A stretch of DNA of 64,000 nt from Spirulina sp. (GTDB taxonomy: Bacteria > Cyanobacteriota > Cyanobacteriia > Phormidesmidales > Phormidesmidaceae), in contig JBIPSI010000020.1 in the NCBI GenBank assembly GCA_044070495.1, forward strand, positions 43,122-107,121. Reading direction: 5' to 3'. Position 1 is the stretch's first letter; each line of letters begins with the position of its first letter. Below the pieces are notes generated by a model that was given only the letters and a program-made list of their open reading frames with translations, searched no databases and had not been told where the DNA came from. Both the position numbers and the translations under genes were made by a program. This document shows positions 30,827 through 41,963 of this stretch, piece after piece.

Positions 30827-31673
30827 GGACAGCGGCCTGTAGGGAGGCTTCTAGCGATGTTTTGGCCTGCCGCAATGGTTCTAGCAGCGCCATCGATAAC
30901 TGAAGCTGATTCAGCCGAGTTTGGCTTTTTGCCCTGGCGGCATCGGGGCTGGGGCCGTGGTAATCGCTGCCCCCCGTCATCACCAAACCGTAGCGCTGGC
31001 AAAACGCCTCCAGCCGCCGCACATCGCTGGGGCTGTGGCTGGGGTGATAGACCTCTATCCCCATCAACCCTGCTTCTACTAATTTGGGCAAAGTCTTGTC
31101 CACCGTGCCGCCCCGGAACAGGTAGGGATGTGCCCACACGGGCACCGCCCCACAAGCCCGCAGCAGCCGAATGCCGTCCGCCGCCGAAAACTCCGCGTAG
31201 GGCACGTAGGCAGGGCCATGATCCCCCAGCCAACGGTCAAACACCTCATCCATGGAGTTGGCATAGCCCGCCGCCACCATCGCCGCCGCTAGGTGGGGCC
31301 GTCCCGGTGCCCGATTGCCCTCCATCGCAGGTAGCGTAATCGGATAGCCCAGTTCCGCCAGCCGATCCACCATCGCTGCCGCCCGCTGCCGCCGCACCGC
31401 TAGTCGCTCCTGCAAAGCCGGATCCAAAGCGTCGCGATTGGGATAAAACCCCAGCACATGGAGCGACCGCCCGTTTTCCGTGGTGCTCAGTTCCACCCCC
31501 GGCACAATCTCTAGGGCATCCCCCGCCGCTGAGAACGCCTCATCCCAGCCCGCTAGGGTGTCGTGGTCGGTAATGGCCAAGGCTTTTACCCCCGCTGTGA
31601 TCGCCTCTTGCACTAAAGTGGCTGGAGAGAGGGTGCCGTCGGAGTAGGTCGTGTGGTTGTGGAGATCGAGCAT
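30816..31673 (-). CDS. PHP-domain phosphoesterase (TrpH/YciV-like)
   Basis: DLHNHTTYSDG, AITDHDT, GVELS, WAHP, TGGSDYHG. Confidence 0.9.
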   Translation of the reverse strand: MLDLHNHTTYSDGTLSPATLVQEAITAGVKALAITDHDTLAGWDEAFSAAGDALEIVPGVELSTTENGRSLHVLGFYPNRDALDPALQERLAVRRQRAAAMVDRLAELGYPITLPAMEGNRAPGRPHLAAAMVAAGYANSMDEVFDRWLGDHGPAYVPYAEFSAADGIRLLRACGAVPVWAHPYLFRGGTVDKTLPKLVEAGLMGIEVYHPSHSPSDVRRLEAFCQRYGLVMTGGSDYHGPSPDAARAKSQTRLNQLQLSMALLEPLRQAKTSLEASLQAAVHAQ

Positions 31674-31963
31674 GGGAGAGAGGAAAGAAAGGTCTCAACG
31701 GCTGACGCTGGAGGCTGAGGGCGAGGCTGATCACATGGTCGCAGGTTTCGCCTAGCGGTGTCGGTTCTATTTTACCGCCCGTGTTCAGACGCAGTTGGTG
31801 GAGGTGAACCATGGGAAAGCCGACTTGTGAAGCCAGTCTAAAGGTTGAGGATGATTCGGCCTGGGGCTTCTTACCATGGAGAGAGGTGATGGAGCGAGGA
31901 ATTTTGGATCTTGGATTTCAGAATCTTCTGCCCCTGCCGCTTCCGACTTACCAAGGTATCTCC

Positions 31964-33028
31964 ATGACGGACATGACAGACTATCAACCCACCGATGCTA
32001 CCTTCGCGGTGGATCGGGACTGCAAAACCCTGTCGCGCCACGTCCTAGAACAGTTGCAAAGCTTCAGCCCCGATGCCCAGGATCTGAGCGCCCTGATGAA
32101 CCGCATTGCCCTGGCCGGAAAGCTCATTGCCCGCCACCTCAGTCGGGCTGGGCTGATGGAATCGGTGCTGGGCTTTACCGGAGAAACCAACGTGCAGGGC
32201 GAGGCCGTCAAGAAGATGGATGTCTACGCCAACAACGTCTTTATTTCGGTGTTCAAACAAAGCGGCCTCGTCTGTCGGCTGGCTTCCGAGGAAATGGAGC
32301 AGCCCTACTATATCCCCGAAAATTGCCCCATTGGCCGCTATACCCTGCTCTACGACCCCATCGATGGATCCTCTAATATCGACATTGACCTCAGCATCGG
32401 CTCCATCTTTTCCATCCGCCGCCAGGTGGGGGACGACCTCGATCAATCCGCTGGGGATCTCTTGCAGGATGGCCACCAGCAGTTAGCCGCAGGCTACATC
32501 CTCTACGGCCCCAGCACCATGCTGGTCTACACCCTGGGCCAGGGGGTTCATGCCTTTACGCTGGATCCTAGCCTGGGGGAATTCATCCTCGCCGCCGAGA
32601 ATATTAAGGTGCCCAGCCACGGCCCCACCTACAGCGTCAACGAAGGCAACTTCTGGCAGTGGGACGACTCCATCCGCGACTTCACCCGCTATGTTCATCG
32701 CCACGAGGGCTATTCGGCCCGCTACAGTGGGGCACTGGTGGCGGATTTTCACCGGATTTTGCTCCAGGGCGGCGTGTTCCTCTATCCCGGCACCGTCAAA
32801 AAGCCCGACGGCAAGCTGCGGCTGCTCTACGAAAGTGCCCCCCTCGCCCTGCTGATTGAACAGGCCGGAGGCCGCGCCAGCACCGGCATTCAGCCCATCC
32901 TGGATATCGTGCCGACGGAACTGCACCAGCGCACCCCGCTGATCATCGGCAGCACCGAAGACGTGGCCCTAGTGGAATCCTTCATCCACGACCACAGCCG
33001 TCGGCAGCAAGACCAAGAGGCAGAGTAA
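31964..33028 (+). CDS. fbp: Fructose-1,6-bisphosphatase class 1
   Basis: [39 protein letters not shown]. Confidence 0.95.
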   Translation: MTDMTDYQPTDATFAVDRDCKTLSRHVLEQLQSFSPDAQDLSALMNRIALAGKLIARHLSRAGLMESVLGFTGETNVQGEAVKKMDVYANNVFISVFKQSGLVCRLASEEMEQPYYIPENCPIGRYTLLYDPIDGSSNIDIDLSIGSIFSIRRQVGDDLDQSAGDLLQDGHQQLAAGYILYGPSTMLVYTLGQGVHAFTLDPSLGEFILAAENIKVPSHGPTYSVNEGNFWQWDDSIRDFTRYVHRHEGYSARYSGALVADFHRILLQGGVFLYPGTVKKPDGKLRLLYESAPLALLIEQAGGRASTGIQPILDIVPTELHQRTPLIIGSTEDVALVESFIHDHSRRQQDQEAE

Positions 33029-33030
33029 TG

Positions 33031-33064
33031 AGGTAAGGGGCTTGTCCTAGGCAAGCCCCTTACC
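33031..33064. terminator. Palindromic hairpin between convergent fbp and mnmG
   Basis: GGTAAGGGGCTTG-TCCTAGG-CAAGCCCCTTACC. Confidence 0.5.
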
Positions 33065-33108
33065 CCCATCCATCCGGTTCTATACCAAGGTGTTGGCTCA
33101 GGATGGCC

Positions 33109-35067
33109 TTAGCCTATTAGGGTTGTTTCGGTGGTTTGGGACTTCGATCCATGGGTTCCAGCAGGCGGCTGATTGCGGCGCAACTGAATTTCCAAATGCA
33201 CCAGCAGGGCATTCACATCGGCGGGGTTGACGCCCCCAATGCGGGAGGCTTGGCCGATGGTGAGGGGTTTCACCTGGTTGAGTTTTTCGCGGGCCTCTTT
33301 AGAAAGGGTGTCGATGGTCGTGTAGTCGAGGGTTTCGGGCAGTTTGCGGTTAGCGTTTTTGGCGATTTGGTCAATCTGGTTTTGCTGACGCTGAATGTAG
33401 CCGGAGTATTTGATGTCGATTTCAGCCCCTTCCTTTTCCTCGCGGTTGAGGTCGGGATGGCCCAGTCCGTAGCGATCCAAATCCACGTAATGAAAGCCGG
33501 GACGACGCAGCAGGTCGGCCAGGGTGATGGAACCTTTGATACGTTGATCGGTGTCGGCGGCAATTTGTTGGCCAATGGGATCGTTTTCTTTAACGCGGGT
33601 GCTGTGCAGACGGTCTTTTTCGGCGGCGATGTGGTCGTATTTGCGGGTGAACAAATCCCAGCGGCGGTCGTCAATCAGGCCGATTTCTCGTCCCAAAGGC
33701 GTCAGTCGCTGATCGGCATTGTCGGAGCGCAGCAGCAGACGGTACTCCGAACGGGAGGTCAGCATTCGGTAGGGTTCCCGCAGATCCTTGGTACAGAGGT
33801 CGTCTAGCAGGGTGCCGATGTAGCTGCCTTCGCGGGGCAGAATCAGTAGGTCTTGGCCCTGTACCAGTCGCGCCGCGTTGACCCCGGCCACAAAGCCCTG
33901 GGCGGCGGCTTCTTCGTAGCCCGTGGTGCCGTTGATTTGTCCGGCGCAGAACAGCCCTTCCACCCGTTTGGTCATCATGGTGGGGTAGCACTGGGTAGCG
34001 GGTAGATAGTCGTACTCCACGGCGTAGGCGGGGCGCAGCATGGCGCAGTGCTCCAAACCGGGGAGGGTGCGCAGCATGGCCAGTTGCAGCTTTTCGGGAA
34101 GCCCCGTCGAAAAGCCCTGGACGTAGATTTCGGGGATGTCGCGCCCTTCGGGTTCGAGGAAAATTTGGTGGCTTTCCTTGTCGGCAAAGCGGACGATTTT
34201 GTCTTCAATGCTGGGGCAATAGCGGGGGCCTTTAGAATCCACCCAGCCGCCGTAGATGGGCGACAGGTGAATATTGTCTTGGATCAGGCGATGGGTGGCG
34301 GCGGTGGTGCGGGTGAGGTGGCAGGGCATTTGTTCCCGCTCGACCCAGACCTTTGGGTCAAAGCTGAACCAGCGCACATTGTCGTCACCGGGCTGGGGTT
34401 CCAGGACATCGAAATTGATCGAACGACGGTCTACCCTGGCCGGAGTGCCTGTTTTCAGCCGTCCTGTTTCAAAGCCCAATTGATTCAGGGTATCGGTCAG
34501 CCCTTCAGCGGCAAACTCCCCGGCTCGTCCAGCGGCCATGGATTTATCGCCAATCCAGATCGTGCCGCCTAGGAAGGTGCCCGTCGTCAGAATCACCGCC
34601 CGACAGCGGAAGGCCACCCCAAAGTAGGTTTGAACGCCAATTACCTCGTCGTTTGGCCCCAGCACCAAGTCCGTCACCATGCCCTCGCGGAGGGTGAGGT
34701 TTTCCTGGTTTTCTACGATGGTCTTCATCACGGCGGCGTATTCGCGCTTGTCGGTCTGTGCCCGCAAGGCCCACACCGCAGGGCCACGGGAGTTATTCAA
34801 AATGCGCTTTTGCAGGTAGGTGCGGTCGGCCATTTTGCCAATTTCGCCGCCGAGGGCATCCACCTCGTGGGTAAGCTGAGATTTGGCAGGGCCACCCACC
34901 GCCGGATTGCAGGGCTGCCACGCAATTTTGTCTAAGTTGAGGGTGATCATCAACGTGCGACAGCCCAGTCGCGCCGATGCTAAAGCCGCCTCGCAGCCGG
35001 AATGCCCCGCGCCAACCACGACGACATCATATTCATCCAAAAAATCAGCGGTATCGGGGGCAATCAT
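33109..35067 (-). CDS. mnmG: tRNA uridine-5-carboxymethylaminomethyl synthesis enzyme
   Basis: [49 protein letters not shown]. Confidence 0.97.
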   Translation of the reverse strand: MIAPDTADFLDEYDVVVVGAGHSGCEAALASARLGCRTLMITLNLDKIAWQPCNPAVGGPAKSQLTHEVDALGGEIGKMADRTYLQKRILNNSRGPAVWALRAQTDKREYAAVMKTIVENQENLTLREGMVTDLVLGPNDEVIGVQTYFGVAFRCRAVILTTGTFLGGTIWIGDKSMAAGRAGEFAAEGLTDTLNQLGFETGRLKTGTPARVDRRSINFDVLEPQPGDDNVRWFSFDPKVWVEREQMPCHLTRTTAATHRLIQDNIHLSPIYGGWVDSKGPRYCPSIEDKIVRFADKESHQIFLEPEGRDIPEIYVQGFSTGLPEKLQLAMLRTLPGLEHCAMLRPAYAVEYDYLPATQCYPTMMTKRVEGLFCAGQINGTTGYEEAAAQGFVAGVNAARLVQGQDLLILPREGSYIGTLLDDLCTKDLREPYRMLTSRSEYRLLLRSDNADQRLTPLGREIGLIDDRRWDLFTRKYDHIAAEKDRLHSTRVKENDPIGQQIAADTDQRIKGSITLADLLRRPGFHYVDLDRYGLGHPDLNREEKEGAEIDIKYSGYIQRQQNQIDQIAKNANRKLPETLDYTTIDTLSKEAREKLNQVKPLTIGQASRIGGVNPADVNALLVHLEIQLRRNQPPAGTHGSKSQTTETTLIG

Positions 35068-35214
35068 GGGCGTTGGGCAACAGGGCAGTCAATGAACAGA
35101 ACGTTATATCAATTCTAGCGGTTCAGTTCTAGGGATTTTGGTTGAGTTTTTCGCCTGGGTGATCATAGGCTTCTCCGGGGCTGACCCTGGTTTTTCCCCA
35201 GACTTCCCCCTGGG

Positions 35215-35742
35215 CTATGACGAGGAGGATCGACCGACGACCCAGGCGATCAATCCGTGGACTAGGGCAGGGCTAAGGCAACTGCCCACAAGGGCACCCA
35301 GGATAGCTGGGGTAGCACGATCACTGCTGGTGGGCAGCAGCCACTGGGCAATGGCGCTGAAAACGATCACCACGATCAGCGGCAGGACGGCCCCCACCAG
35401 GATGCTGCCCAGTAACCCAATCCCTTGCCAGAGCAAGAAATTGTGCTGGCTAGCTCCAAACCAATAGCCCCAGGCCACAGACCATACCCCAATTAAAAGA
35501 CCAGAACCCACAAACAGGGGCACGAAAAATACTAAAAAGGCAATGCCACCGCCCTGGCTTTCAAAGGTTTCTGGGGCAAAGGTCTGGAGCATGAAGATAC
35601 CTAAGCCTAACCCTAGAATCGTCGCCACCGCAACCGCTAGCACCATCCATCCCAAAAAAGCAAAGGATCCGCTTTTGGCCCAACTGATCACCCCCGCTGC
35701 CACAAAATATAGAAGCACAAATCCTAACAGCAGGTATTCCAT
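35215..35742 (-). CDS. Hypothetical integral membrane protein
   Basis: 175-aa ORF that is almost entirely hydrophobic helices. Confidence 0.6.
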   Translation of the reverse strand: MEYLLLGFVLLYFVAAGVISWAKSGSFAFLGWMVLAVAVATILGLGLGIFMLQTFAPETFESQGGGIAFLVFFVPLFVGSGLLIGVWSVAWGYWFGASQHNFLLWQGIGLLGSILVGAVLPLIVVIVFSAIAQWLLPTSSDRATPAILGALVGSCLSPALVHGLIAWVVGRSSSS

Positions 35743-35868
35743 CTGGATTATCTCCTGTAGCTATGTAGGGCTAGTTACCGAGGGCTATCGCTCCCGCAGG
35801 AGATGACAGAAAAAGGATTGCCCTTCTGCCTTCCACCTCCATAGTTTTGCATTGCTGTACTCTGGGCA

Positions 35869-36690
35869 TTACACGGCAACAACGTAAGAACTTACCTCGC
35901 TAAAGGTAGCCTGACTTAACTGTTGTGGATCGATAAAGAAATAGAAGTAGACCCCGTCTGAATCGGGATGTTCTAACTCTAGCAAAAGCTGCCCTTCTGC
36001 ATCTTCTAGCGTTTCTGGTACGTAGGAGTGAACTTCGGGATATCCCCCTAGCTTACCCTGCTCTTTCAACGCCATGTGCTCTTTTTGCTCATAGAACCAG
36101 TCGTAGTAAAATTCCTCCCACATTGGTTCTAGCTCCTCCGGTGTATCGAGAGGCTGAGAAACCTGGAAGGCAGAGGATCGATAGTCGAAAAAAACGTCCT
36201 GTTCGATTGAGAAGCTAAGGCGATAAACGGGAGTAAACCATTCGTCGTTGCTGCGATCATGCTCTAAAAAACTGAAGTCTGTAGTTAAGTCTTCGGCATC
36301 ACGAGAAAATTTTGGGAAATAACGGATGTAGTGCTGTGTCGTGCCCCACTCCCCCATGGGAACCACGTATCCAGTATAGAATTGCAAAAGTCCCTGTTTT
36401 GGAAAGTTAAAGCCCTCAATCTCTGGCACGTCTGCACAATTAATTTGCCCCAAGAACATCAAAAAGCGATCCGCGTCTTCATCCTTGGGATAATCCATAC
36501 CCTTGGGCAGATAGGGATACCCTCCAACCTTACTTTCCCAAGGGTTTAACAAATCTGGGTCGGCGGCATTATCGAGGTAGCCTATTTCCTCGCATTTGAG
36601 GGCAATATAGGGCAGAAGATTCTGGGTAAGAAAGGGTTTGACGGCTGCAAACTCCTCAGGGATTTTGGCGATCAAGGTAGGATCAATCAT
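35869..36690 (-). CDS. YwqG/DUF1963 family protein
   Basis: SKVGGYPYLP...LMFLGQIN...GLLQFY...KLGGYP. Confidence 0.85.
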   Translation of the reverse strand: MIDPTLIAKIPEEFAAVKPFLTQNLLPYIALKCEEIGYLDNAADPDLLNPWESKVGGYPYLPKGMDYPKDEDADRFLMFLGQINCADVPEIEGFNFPKQGLLQFYTGYVVPMGEWGTTQHYIRYFPKFSRDAEDLTTDFSFLEHDRSNDEWFTPVYRLSFSIEQDVFFDYRSSAFQVSQPLDTPEELEPMWEEFYYDWFYEQKEHMALKEQGKLGGYPEVHSYVPETLEDAEGQLLLELEHPDSDGVYFYFFIDPQQLSQATFSEVSSYVVAV

Positions 36691-36819
36691 GGTTTTCCTG
36701 AGCTAGGTTTGGCGTTTTTCCATGCTGGTCAAGTCAATAGAACCTGTTTAACTAGGGGTTAAATCAGGGGCATCTTGGCGGCGGGCGGGTACCCAGCGCT
36801 TTCATTATGGCAATAATCC

Positions 36820-37653
36820 CTAGGGTAGCCAGGGATATTGACGGAAATCGGGGGGGCGTTTGTCGAGGAAAGCCTGTTTGCCTTCGGCCCCTTCTTCGGT
36901 CATGTAGTAGAGCAGGGTGGCGTTTCCGGCGAGTTCCTGGAGACCCGCCTGCCCGTCGCAGTCGGCATTGAAGGCGGCTTTGAGGCAGCGAATGGCCAGG
37001 GGGCTTTTTTGCAGAATTTCCTGCGCCCACTGAACACCCTCAGCCTCCAGGTGTTCCACGGGCACGACGCAGTTGACCAGGCCCATATCGAGGGCTTCCT
37101 GGGCATTGTATTGGCGGCAGAGATACCAGATTTCTCGCGCCTTTTTCTGACCTACCAACCGCGCCAGGTAGCTGGCCCCAAAACCCCCGTCAAAACTGCC
37201 GACCCTTGGCCCCGTTTGGCCAAAAATGGCGTTGTCTGCGGCAATGGTGAGATCGCACACCACATGGAGCACGTGGCCCCCGCCGATGGCATAGCCCGCC
37301 ACCAGGGCAATCACCACCTTGGGCATGGATCGGATCAGCCGCTGCAAATCCAGCACGTTTAGCCGAGGGGTGCCGTCTTCATCTACGTAGCCGCCCTGGC
37401 CGCGCACGCTTTGGTCGCCGCCGGAGCAAAAGGCGTATTTGCCGTCGGTGTGGGGGCCAGCCCCGGTGAGCAGCACCACCCCAATGCGGCTGTCCTCCCG
37501 CGCATTGACAAAGGCGTCGTAGAGTTCCGAGACGGTTTTAGGCCGAAAGGCGTTGCGCTTGTGGGGCCGATTGATGGTGATTTTGGCGATGCCGTCGGCC
37601 TTTTCGTAAATGATATCTTCGTAGGGTTTAACCGAGTGCCATTCAACCTGCAT
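36820..37653 (-). CDS. menB: 1,4-dihydroxy-2-naphthoyl-CoA synthase
   Basis: [38 protein letters not shown]. Confidence 0.97.
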   Translation of the reverse strand: MQVEWHSVKPYEDIIYEKADGIAKITINRPHKRNAFRPKTVSELYDAFVNAREDSRIGVVLLTGAGPHTDGKYAFCSGGDQSVRGQGGYVDEDGTPRLNVLDLQRLIRSMPKVVIALVAGYAIGGGHVLHVVCDLTIAADNAIFGQTGPRVGSFDGGFGASYLARLVGQKKAREIWYLCRQYNAQEALDMGLVNCVVPVEHLEAEGVQWAQEILQKSPLAIRCLKAAFNADCDGQAGLQELAGNATLLYYMTEEGAEGKQAFLDKRPPDFRQYPWLP

Positions 37654-37927
37654 GGGGCGCTTATCCAGAACTGTATCCATTTTCCAATACTTCAGCCTCT
37701 CACACCCTTGTCCCCTTAGGATCGACTCGGTACCCGCCCGCCGTCTAACCCTTGCCGGTGTTGACGCACCCAGTCGGTCAAGGACAGCAACCCCTAGGTC
37801 AACGGCCTTCCCTCGTCCACCGAAATGCCGAGGGGAATGATACTATCTTGGAGCTTCAGTGCTATCCCCAGGGCTTCGGGGGAATGTTGTGGCCAAGGAC
37901 ACCCTAGGAGAGACTCGTAGGACGGTT

Positions 37928-38764
37928 ATGCAGACGCGGATTTTGGAGAAGCAGGATATCTTAACGGGCTACGATGCCGTGTGTCCGCTCTACCCCCATC
38001 TTCCGTCGGTGAGCCACTGGCGTGCCTGGGAGTACGCAGGCTACCAGCACTATCACCTGAGTGGAGACATTCTGGATCTGGGCTGTGGCGATGGGCAATA
38101 CTTTCGGCTGCTGTGGCCCCAGACGGGCTGTGTGGTTGGGGTGGATATTAACCCCGCCGCGATCAGTCTGGCCGAGGGAAGTGGCGTCTACAAGACCGTT
38201 CACCTCACGGAGGCCCACCAGGTACCGGAGCCGGATGGGCGCTTTGATCATGTCTTTGCCAACTGTTCCCTAGAGCACATGGATGAACTCGATGCGGTGC
38301 TGGCGGAGGTGTATCGCTGCCTGAAGCCAGGGGGAACCTTGCTCTGTAGTGTGGTCACCCATCGCTTTATTGAGTGGGCCTGGCTAGGGCAACTGATGGC
38401 CCAGGCCGGATTTCGTGAAGCGGCCCAAGCCCTCAACCAGGATTTTCTAGATTTCCACAACCTCGCCAACCCCCTCACCCCAACAGAGTGGGAGCAGCGT
38501 TTTCTGAAGGCCAAGCTGGTGCCAGAGGATCACATCCCGCTTTTGCCCCAGCACAACAGTAGTGTGTTTTTATTTATCGATAGCCTTTGGCACCTGAGAC
38601 AGGCCGGGGGTGGCGAGGTCGGGCATCAGGTGCTTCCGATCTTGGCCACCAACCCCAACTTCCCCGCCGGGTTTCGATCTGTCCTGGCCGGGTTGTTAGA
38701 TATGGAAACCGACTGGCTAGACTGTAGCGGGGCCATTTTCCACGCCAGAAAGCCCATGGCCTGA
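37928..38764 (+). CDS. Class I SAM-dependent methyltransferase
   Basis: ILDLGCGDG, GVDI, NCSLEHM, LKPGG. Confidence 0.85.
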   Translation: MQTRILEKQDILTGYDAVCPLYPHLPSVSHWRAWEYAGYQHYHLSGDILDLGCGDGQYFRLLWPQTGCVVGVDINPAAISLAEGSGVYKTVHLTEAHQVPEPDGRFDHVFANCSLEHMDELDAVLAEVYRCLKPGGTLLCSVVTHRFIEWAWLGQLMAQAGFREAAQALNQDFLDFHNLANPLTPTEWEQRFLKAKLVPEDHIPLLPQHNSSVFLFIDSLWHLRQAGGGEVGHQVLPILATNPNFPAGFRSVLAGLLDMETDWLDCSGAIFHARKPMA

Positions 38765-38873
38765 TTGCCCCCTTAAACCCAATGCCGGTCAGGGTTTTGT
38801 CCCGCAGAGTCTGCGGGGTGGCGAATCGCGACAGCCTGACCGTGCCTTCGCCCAGATTTTCTCTAAAAACATC

Positions 38874-39113
38874 GTGCAACCAGGGTTTGCCGAGGCGGCC
38901 CAGGCCAAAGCCCAGGCCACTCCTCCGGTTGAGGTGGTCAAGCCCGTGGATGAGCGGGCCACGATGCGGGCCACGATGCGGGCCGACCTCCGCCAGTATT
39001 TGGACGTGCAGGCCCAGCACCCAGAGGCCATCATTCTCGTAAAGTCCCCGGATCTGCGGTTTTATAAGGCGTTTCTGGAGGGAGTTCAGCAAACGCTATC
39101 ATCATCGCCATAA
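38874..39113 (+). pseudogene. Possible gene fragment with a MutS-domain-I-like segment
   Basis: RQYLDVQAQHPEAIILVKS..RFYKAF resembles MutS-I (RQYLEIKAQHPDAILF..FYELF); no clear start. Confidence 0.3.
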
Positions 39114-39226
39114 ATTCCATCACAGCAAGCTCCTCAGACCCTCGCCTGAATTCTGCTTGCTGCTTTCCTTGTCGGACCAAATGGATAAAGTCGAGCTAAG
39201 ATAGTAGCGTCCGAAAATGCTCCAGA

Positions 39227-40315
39227 CTACTTGGCTGCAATAATATGAAGATCGACGCTAGGAAGCGCTCGCATGAGCCGCTGGACAATCGAGCCTTTTG
39301 TCAGCAGTTGCCAGCGTGATCGTTGGGTTTCTCCCAAAACAATTTGAGTGACATAATTGTTGGTCGCAATGTTGGCAATGGCTCTGACCACATCCTCAGA
39401 TTCTACCCGCAAAAACTCACCCTCAAATTCCTCACAGAGCCGTTTGCAAGTTTCGACATGAAGCGCTTCTACCTTAGACAAAAACTGATGGGGATGAGCG
39501 ACAAACAGCACATAAAAGCGACCATTCATTTGGCTTGCGATACGTGCCCCTCGCCGCAACAGTTGAATTGAACTGGGATTTGTTGAAACACATACCAAAA
39601 TGCATTCTTGGATATTGCAGTAATTCTGGGCGTTTTCCTCTCGGCCATTTTCTTCAATATTGTCGGCAACTTCTCTCAGGGCTAATTCTCGCAAAGCCAC
39701 CAGATTCTGGCGCTTAAAAAAGTTTTGCAAAGCCTGATCAATCTTTGTGGGAGCGTAGATTTTACCCTCCTGTAACCGCTCTTGCAACGTTTCAGGGGTG
39801 ACATCAATGACTACGACCTCATCGGCTTCGTCAATCAGGCGATCAGGCACTCGTTCTCGCACCACGACCCCAGAAATTTTGTGTACTAGATCATTCAAGC
39901 TCTCCAAATGTTGAATATTGATGGTGGAATACACATCAATCCCTGTATCTAAAATGAATTCCACATCTTGATAACGCTTTTCTCGTAGTGAACCAGGAAC
40001 ATTAGTATGGGCCAACTCATCAATAAGCACTAGGTGGGGGCAACGGTCGATAATACCCTGGACATCCATCTCCATCAGGCCACGTCCCTGCCAAAATGTC
40101 GGCTTCAGTGGGACTTGTTCTAGGCCATCAGCCTTTTCAGCAGTGTCGGCTCGTCCGTGGGTTTCTAATAAACCAATCACCACATCAAAGCCTTCCTGCT
40201 TAAGCTGCTGTCCTTCCTCCAGCATCCGGTAGGTTTTGCCCACCCCAGGAGCCATGCCGATAAAAATTTTGTGCTTGCCTCGGCGGGGAGGAGAGGGGGA
40301 TTGGGTGGGGGACAT
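39227..40315 (-). CDS. kdpD: Truncated KdpD (KdpD sensor + USP domain, no TM or kinase)
   Basis: GKHKIFIGMAPGVGKTYRML, LIDELAHTN, TINIQHLESLND, USP tail; start MSPTQS. Confidence 0.92.
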   Translation of the reverse strand: MSPTQSPSPPRRGKHKIFIGMAPGVGKTYRMLEEGQQLKQEGFDVVIGLLETHGRADTAEKADGLEQVPLKPTFWQGRGLMEMDVQGIIDRCPHLVLIDELAHTNVPGSLREKRYQDVEFILDTGIDVYSTINIQHLESLNDLVHKISGVVVRERVPDRLIDEADEVVVIDVTPETLQERLQEGKIYAPTKIDQALQNFFKRQNLVALRELALREVADNIEENGREENAQNYCNIQECILVCVSTNPSSIQLLRRGARIASQMNGRFYVLFVAHPHQFLSKVEALHVETCKRLCEEFEGEFLRVESEDVVRAIANIATNNYVTQIVLGETQRSRWQLLTKGSIVQRLMRALPSVDLHIIAAK

Positions 40316-40323
40316 GGGGGGGT

Positions 40324-40468
40324 GGAGGGTTGGGAGGTTGGGAGATTGGGAGGTTGGAGGGTTGGGAGGTTGGGAGGTTGGGAGGTTGGGAGGTTGGAAG
40401 GTTGGAAGGTTGGAAGGTTGGAGGGGTTGAGAGTTTGAGGGGTTGAACTTTCCAGCTTTCCCACCTTC
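40324..40468. repeat. Octamer tandem array (~15 GG(G/A)AGGTT units, then ~3 inverted units)
   Basis: Direct reading of the sequence between the kdpD start and the response-regulator stop. Confidence 0.9.
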
Positions 40469-41153
40469 AACCGTTGAATTGAGGACGGGTGTGGGGTTGG
40501 GTGGTGGCGCGGTGGAGGGTTTGTTGAGCGGGTGTGTAGGTGGGGTCGAGGTCGAGGGCGGCACGGTATTTTTTTAGGGCGTCGAGTCGGTTGCCGAGGT
40601 ATTCTTCAATTTCACCCAAGAGGGTTAGGGCTTCGGGGCGTTTTGGGTTGCAGCGCAGCGCCTCTTTCAAAAAGCCTGTGGCCTGGGAGTAATCTTGGCG
40701 ATTGAGGTAGTCTTGAGCGGTCTTAAGCAGGGTGTCGTAGTCCGCATCAAGCTTGGCCCAGGGGTGGGGACTTTCCAGGGTCTTACGGACAATGGATTGA
40801 ATGGTGCGGGCGCTGAAAGGCTTTTGCACATAGCCATGGGGTTCTTGAATAAAGTCCATAGCACCCGACTTCATGGCCTGTACGGCTTCATCAACGCTAC
40901 TGTGAACGGCGGTAACGATCACCCGCAAGCAGGGATAGTCGTGAAGTAGCTGCCGAATGATGTCCACATCCTCAGTCTGGGTAAGCATCGCATCTAAGAT
41001 CGCCACATCGATATGCTGATGAGCCAGAATTTCATTAGCAGCCTCAATGGTTTCTGCTTGGAGGACTTCGTAGTCAGCGGCAGTTAAAAACTGTGCCACG
41101 GTGCTGCGGGATATCTCGTCATGGTGAATAATCAGGATGGTGTTTTTTAGCAT
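40467..41153 (-). CDS. Response regulator, REC + TPR output
   Basis: VAILDAML, AVQAMKSGAMDF..QKPF receiver; TPR helices ALTLLGEI..ALKKYRAALDLDPTY. Confidence 0.85.
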   Translation of the reverse strand: MLKNTILIIHHDEISRSTVAQFLTAADYEVLQAETIEAANEILAHQHIDVAILDAMLTQTEDVDIIRQLLHDYPCLRVIVTAVHSSVDEAVQAMKSGAMDFIQEPHGYVQKPFSARTIQSIVRKTLESPHPWAKLDADYDTLLKTAQDYLNRQDYSQATGFLKEALRCNPKRPEALTLLGEIEEYLGNRLDALKKYRAALDLDPTYTPAQQTLHRATTQPHTRPQFNG

Positions 41154-41189
41154 GGGATTAGAGCGATGAGAACGTGAGAACGTGAGTAG

Positions 41190-41300
41190 GGGAGGTTGGG
41201 AGGTTGGGAGGTTAGAAGGTTAGAAGGTTGGGAGGTTAGAAGGTTGGGAGGTTGTAAAGGTTTAAGTCTCTAAAATTTTTCACTTTCAAATCTTCACACT
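41190..41300. repeat. Octamer tandem array (GGGAGGTT/AGAAGGTT x~8) with degenerate inverted tail
   Basis: Spacer between kdpC and the response regulator. Confidence 0.85.
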
Positions 41301-41325
41301 TACTAAAAATCCTCACACCTATATT

Positions 41326-41895
41326 TCAGCGGTTATCCAGCGCTAAATTTAGGGTCAAGACATTGATTCCGGGTTCACCAAAAATCCCTAGAAATCGACC
41401 GTCAGTGTTTTGAGCAATGAGTGATTGAACTTCGTCTACCGACAGCCCTCGTGCCTGAGCTACTCGCTCCACCTGGGCTTCGGCGGCGGCGGGGGAAATA
41501 TGTGGGTCAAGGCCAGAGCCAGAGGAATAAAGCAGATCGGCAGTGGGTTCCACTCCCTCACTGCGAAGGCGTTCAGCTTCTACTTTAATGCGCTCTAACA
41601 GTTCAGAATTATCGGGAGCTAGGTTGCTGCCACCGGATAGGCCCGTGGGATTCGCATCGCCCCCTTCGCTGTAGGCAATGACGCTGGGACGACTCCAGAA
41701 GTACTCATTGGTGGTGAAGGTTTGGCCAATCAATGCTGACCCCACGATTTCACCCTGGCTATTGGTTAGTAAGCTGCCGTTGGCCTGGTAGGGAAAAGCC
41801 GTTTGGCCGATGAGAAAAATTAGGAGTGGATAGAGAAATGCTGTCAAGAGCCAGAGGGTGGCAATACTGCGGATGCTGATGATGAGGTCTTGCAT
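41326..41895 (-). CDS. kdpC: K+-transporting ATPase subunit C
   Basis: FPYQANGSL, GSALIGQTF, YFWSRPS, SGSGLDPHIS, FGEPGINVLTLNLALD. Confidence 0.95.
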   Translation of the reverse strand: MQDLIISIRSIATLWLLTAFLYPLLIFLIGQTAFPYQANGSLLTNSQGEIVGSALIGQTFTTNEYFWSRPSVIAYSEGGDANPTGLSGGSNLAPDNSELLERIKVEAERLRSEGVEPTADLLYSSGSGLDPHISPAAAEAQVERVAQARGLSVDEVQSLIAQNTDGRFLGIFGEPGINVLTLNLALDNR

Positions 41896-41918
41896 GGGAA
41901 GTAAGGGGGTAGGGGTTT

Positions 41919-41958
41919 GAAGGTGTGAACGTGTCAACGTGTGAACGCTGGAACGTTG
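41919..41958. repeat. Degenerate octamer array (GAA(G/C)GT(G/T)T x5)
   Basis: gaaggtgt gaacgtgt caacgtgt gaacgctg gaacgttg. Confidence 0.7.
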
Positions 41959-41963
41959 GTTTT

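Noticed and set aside
40316..40564. N-terminal extension of kdpD and ORFs with PSNLPTFQ / VGRLEG repeats (40177, 40236, 44310, 44963, 47174)
   Set aside because: Translations of the octamer DNA arrays; kdpD homology starts at Met 40315
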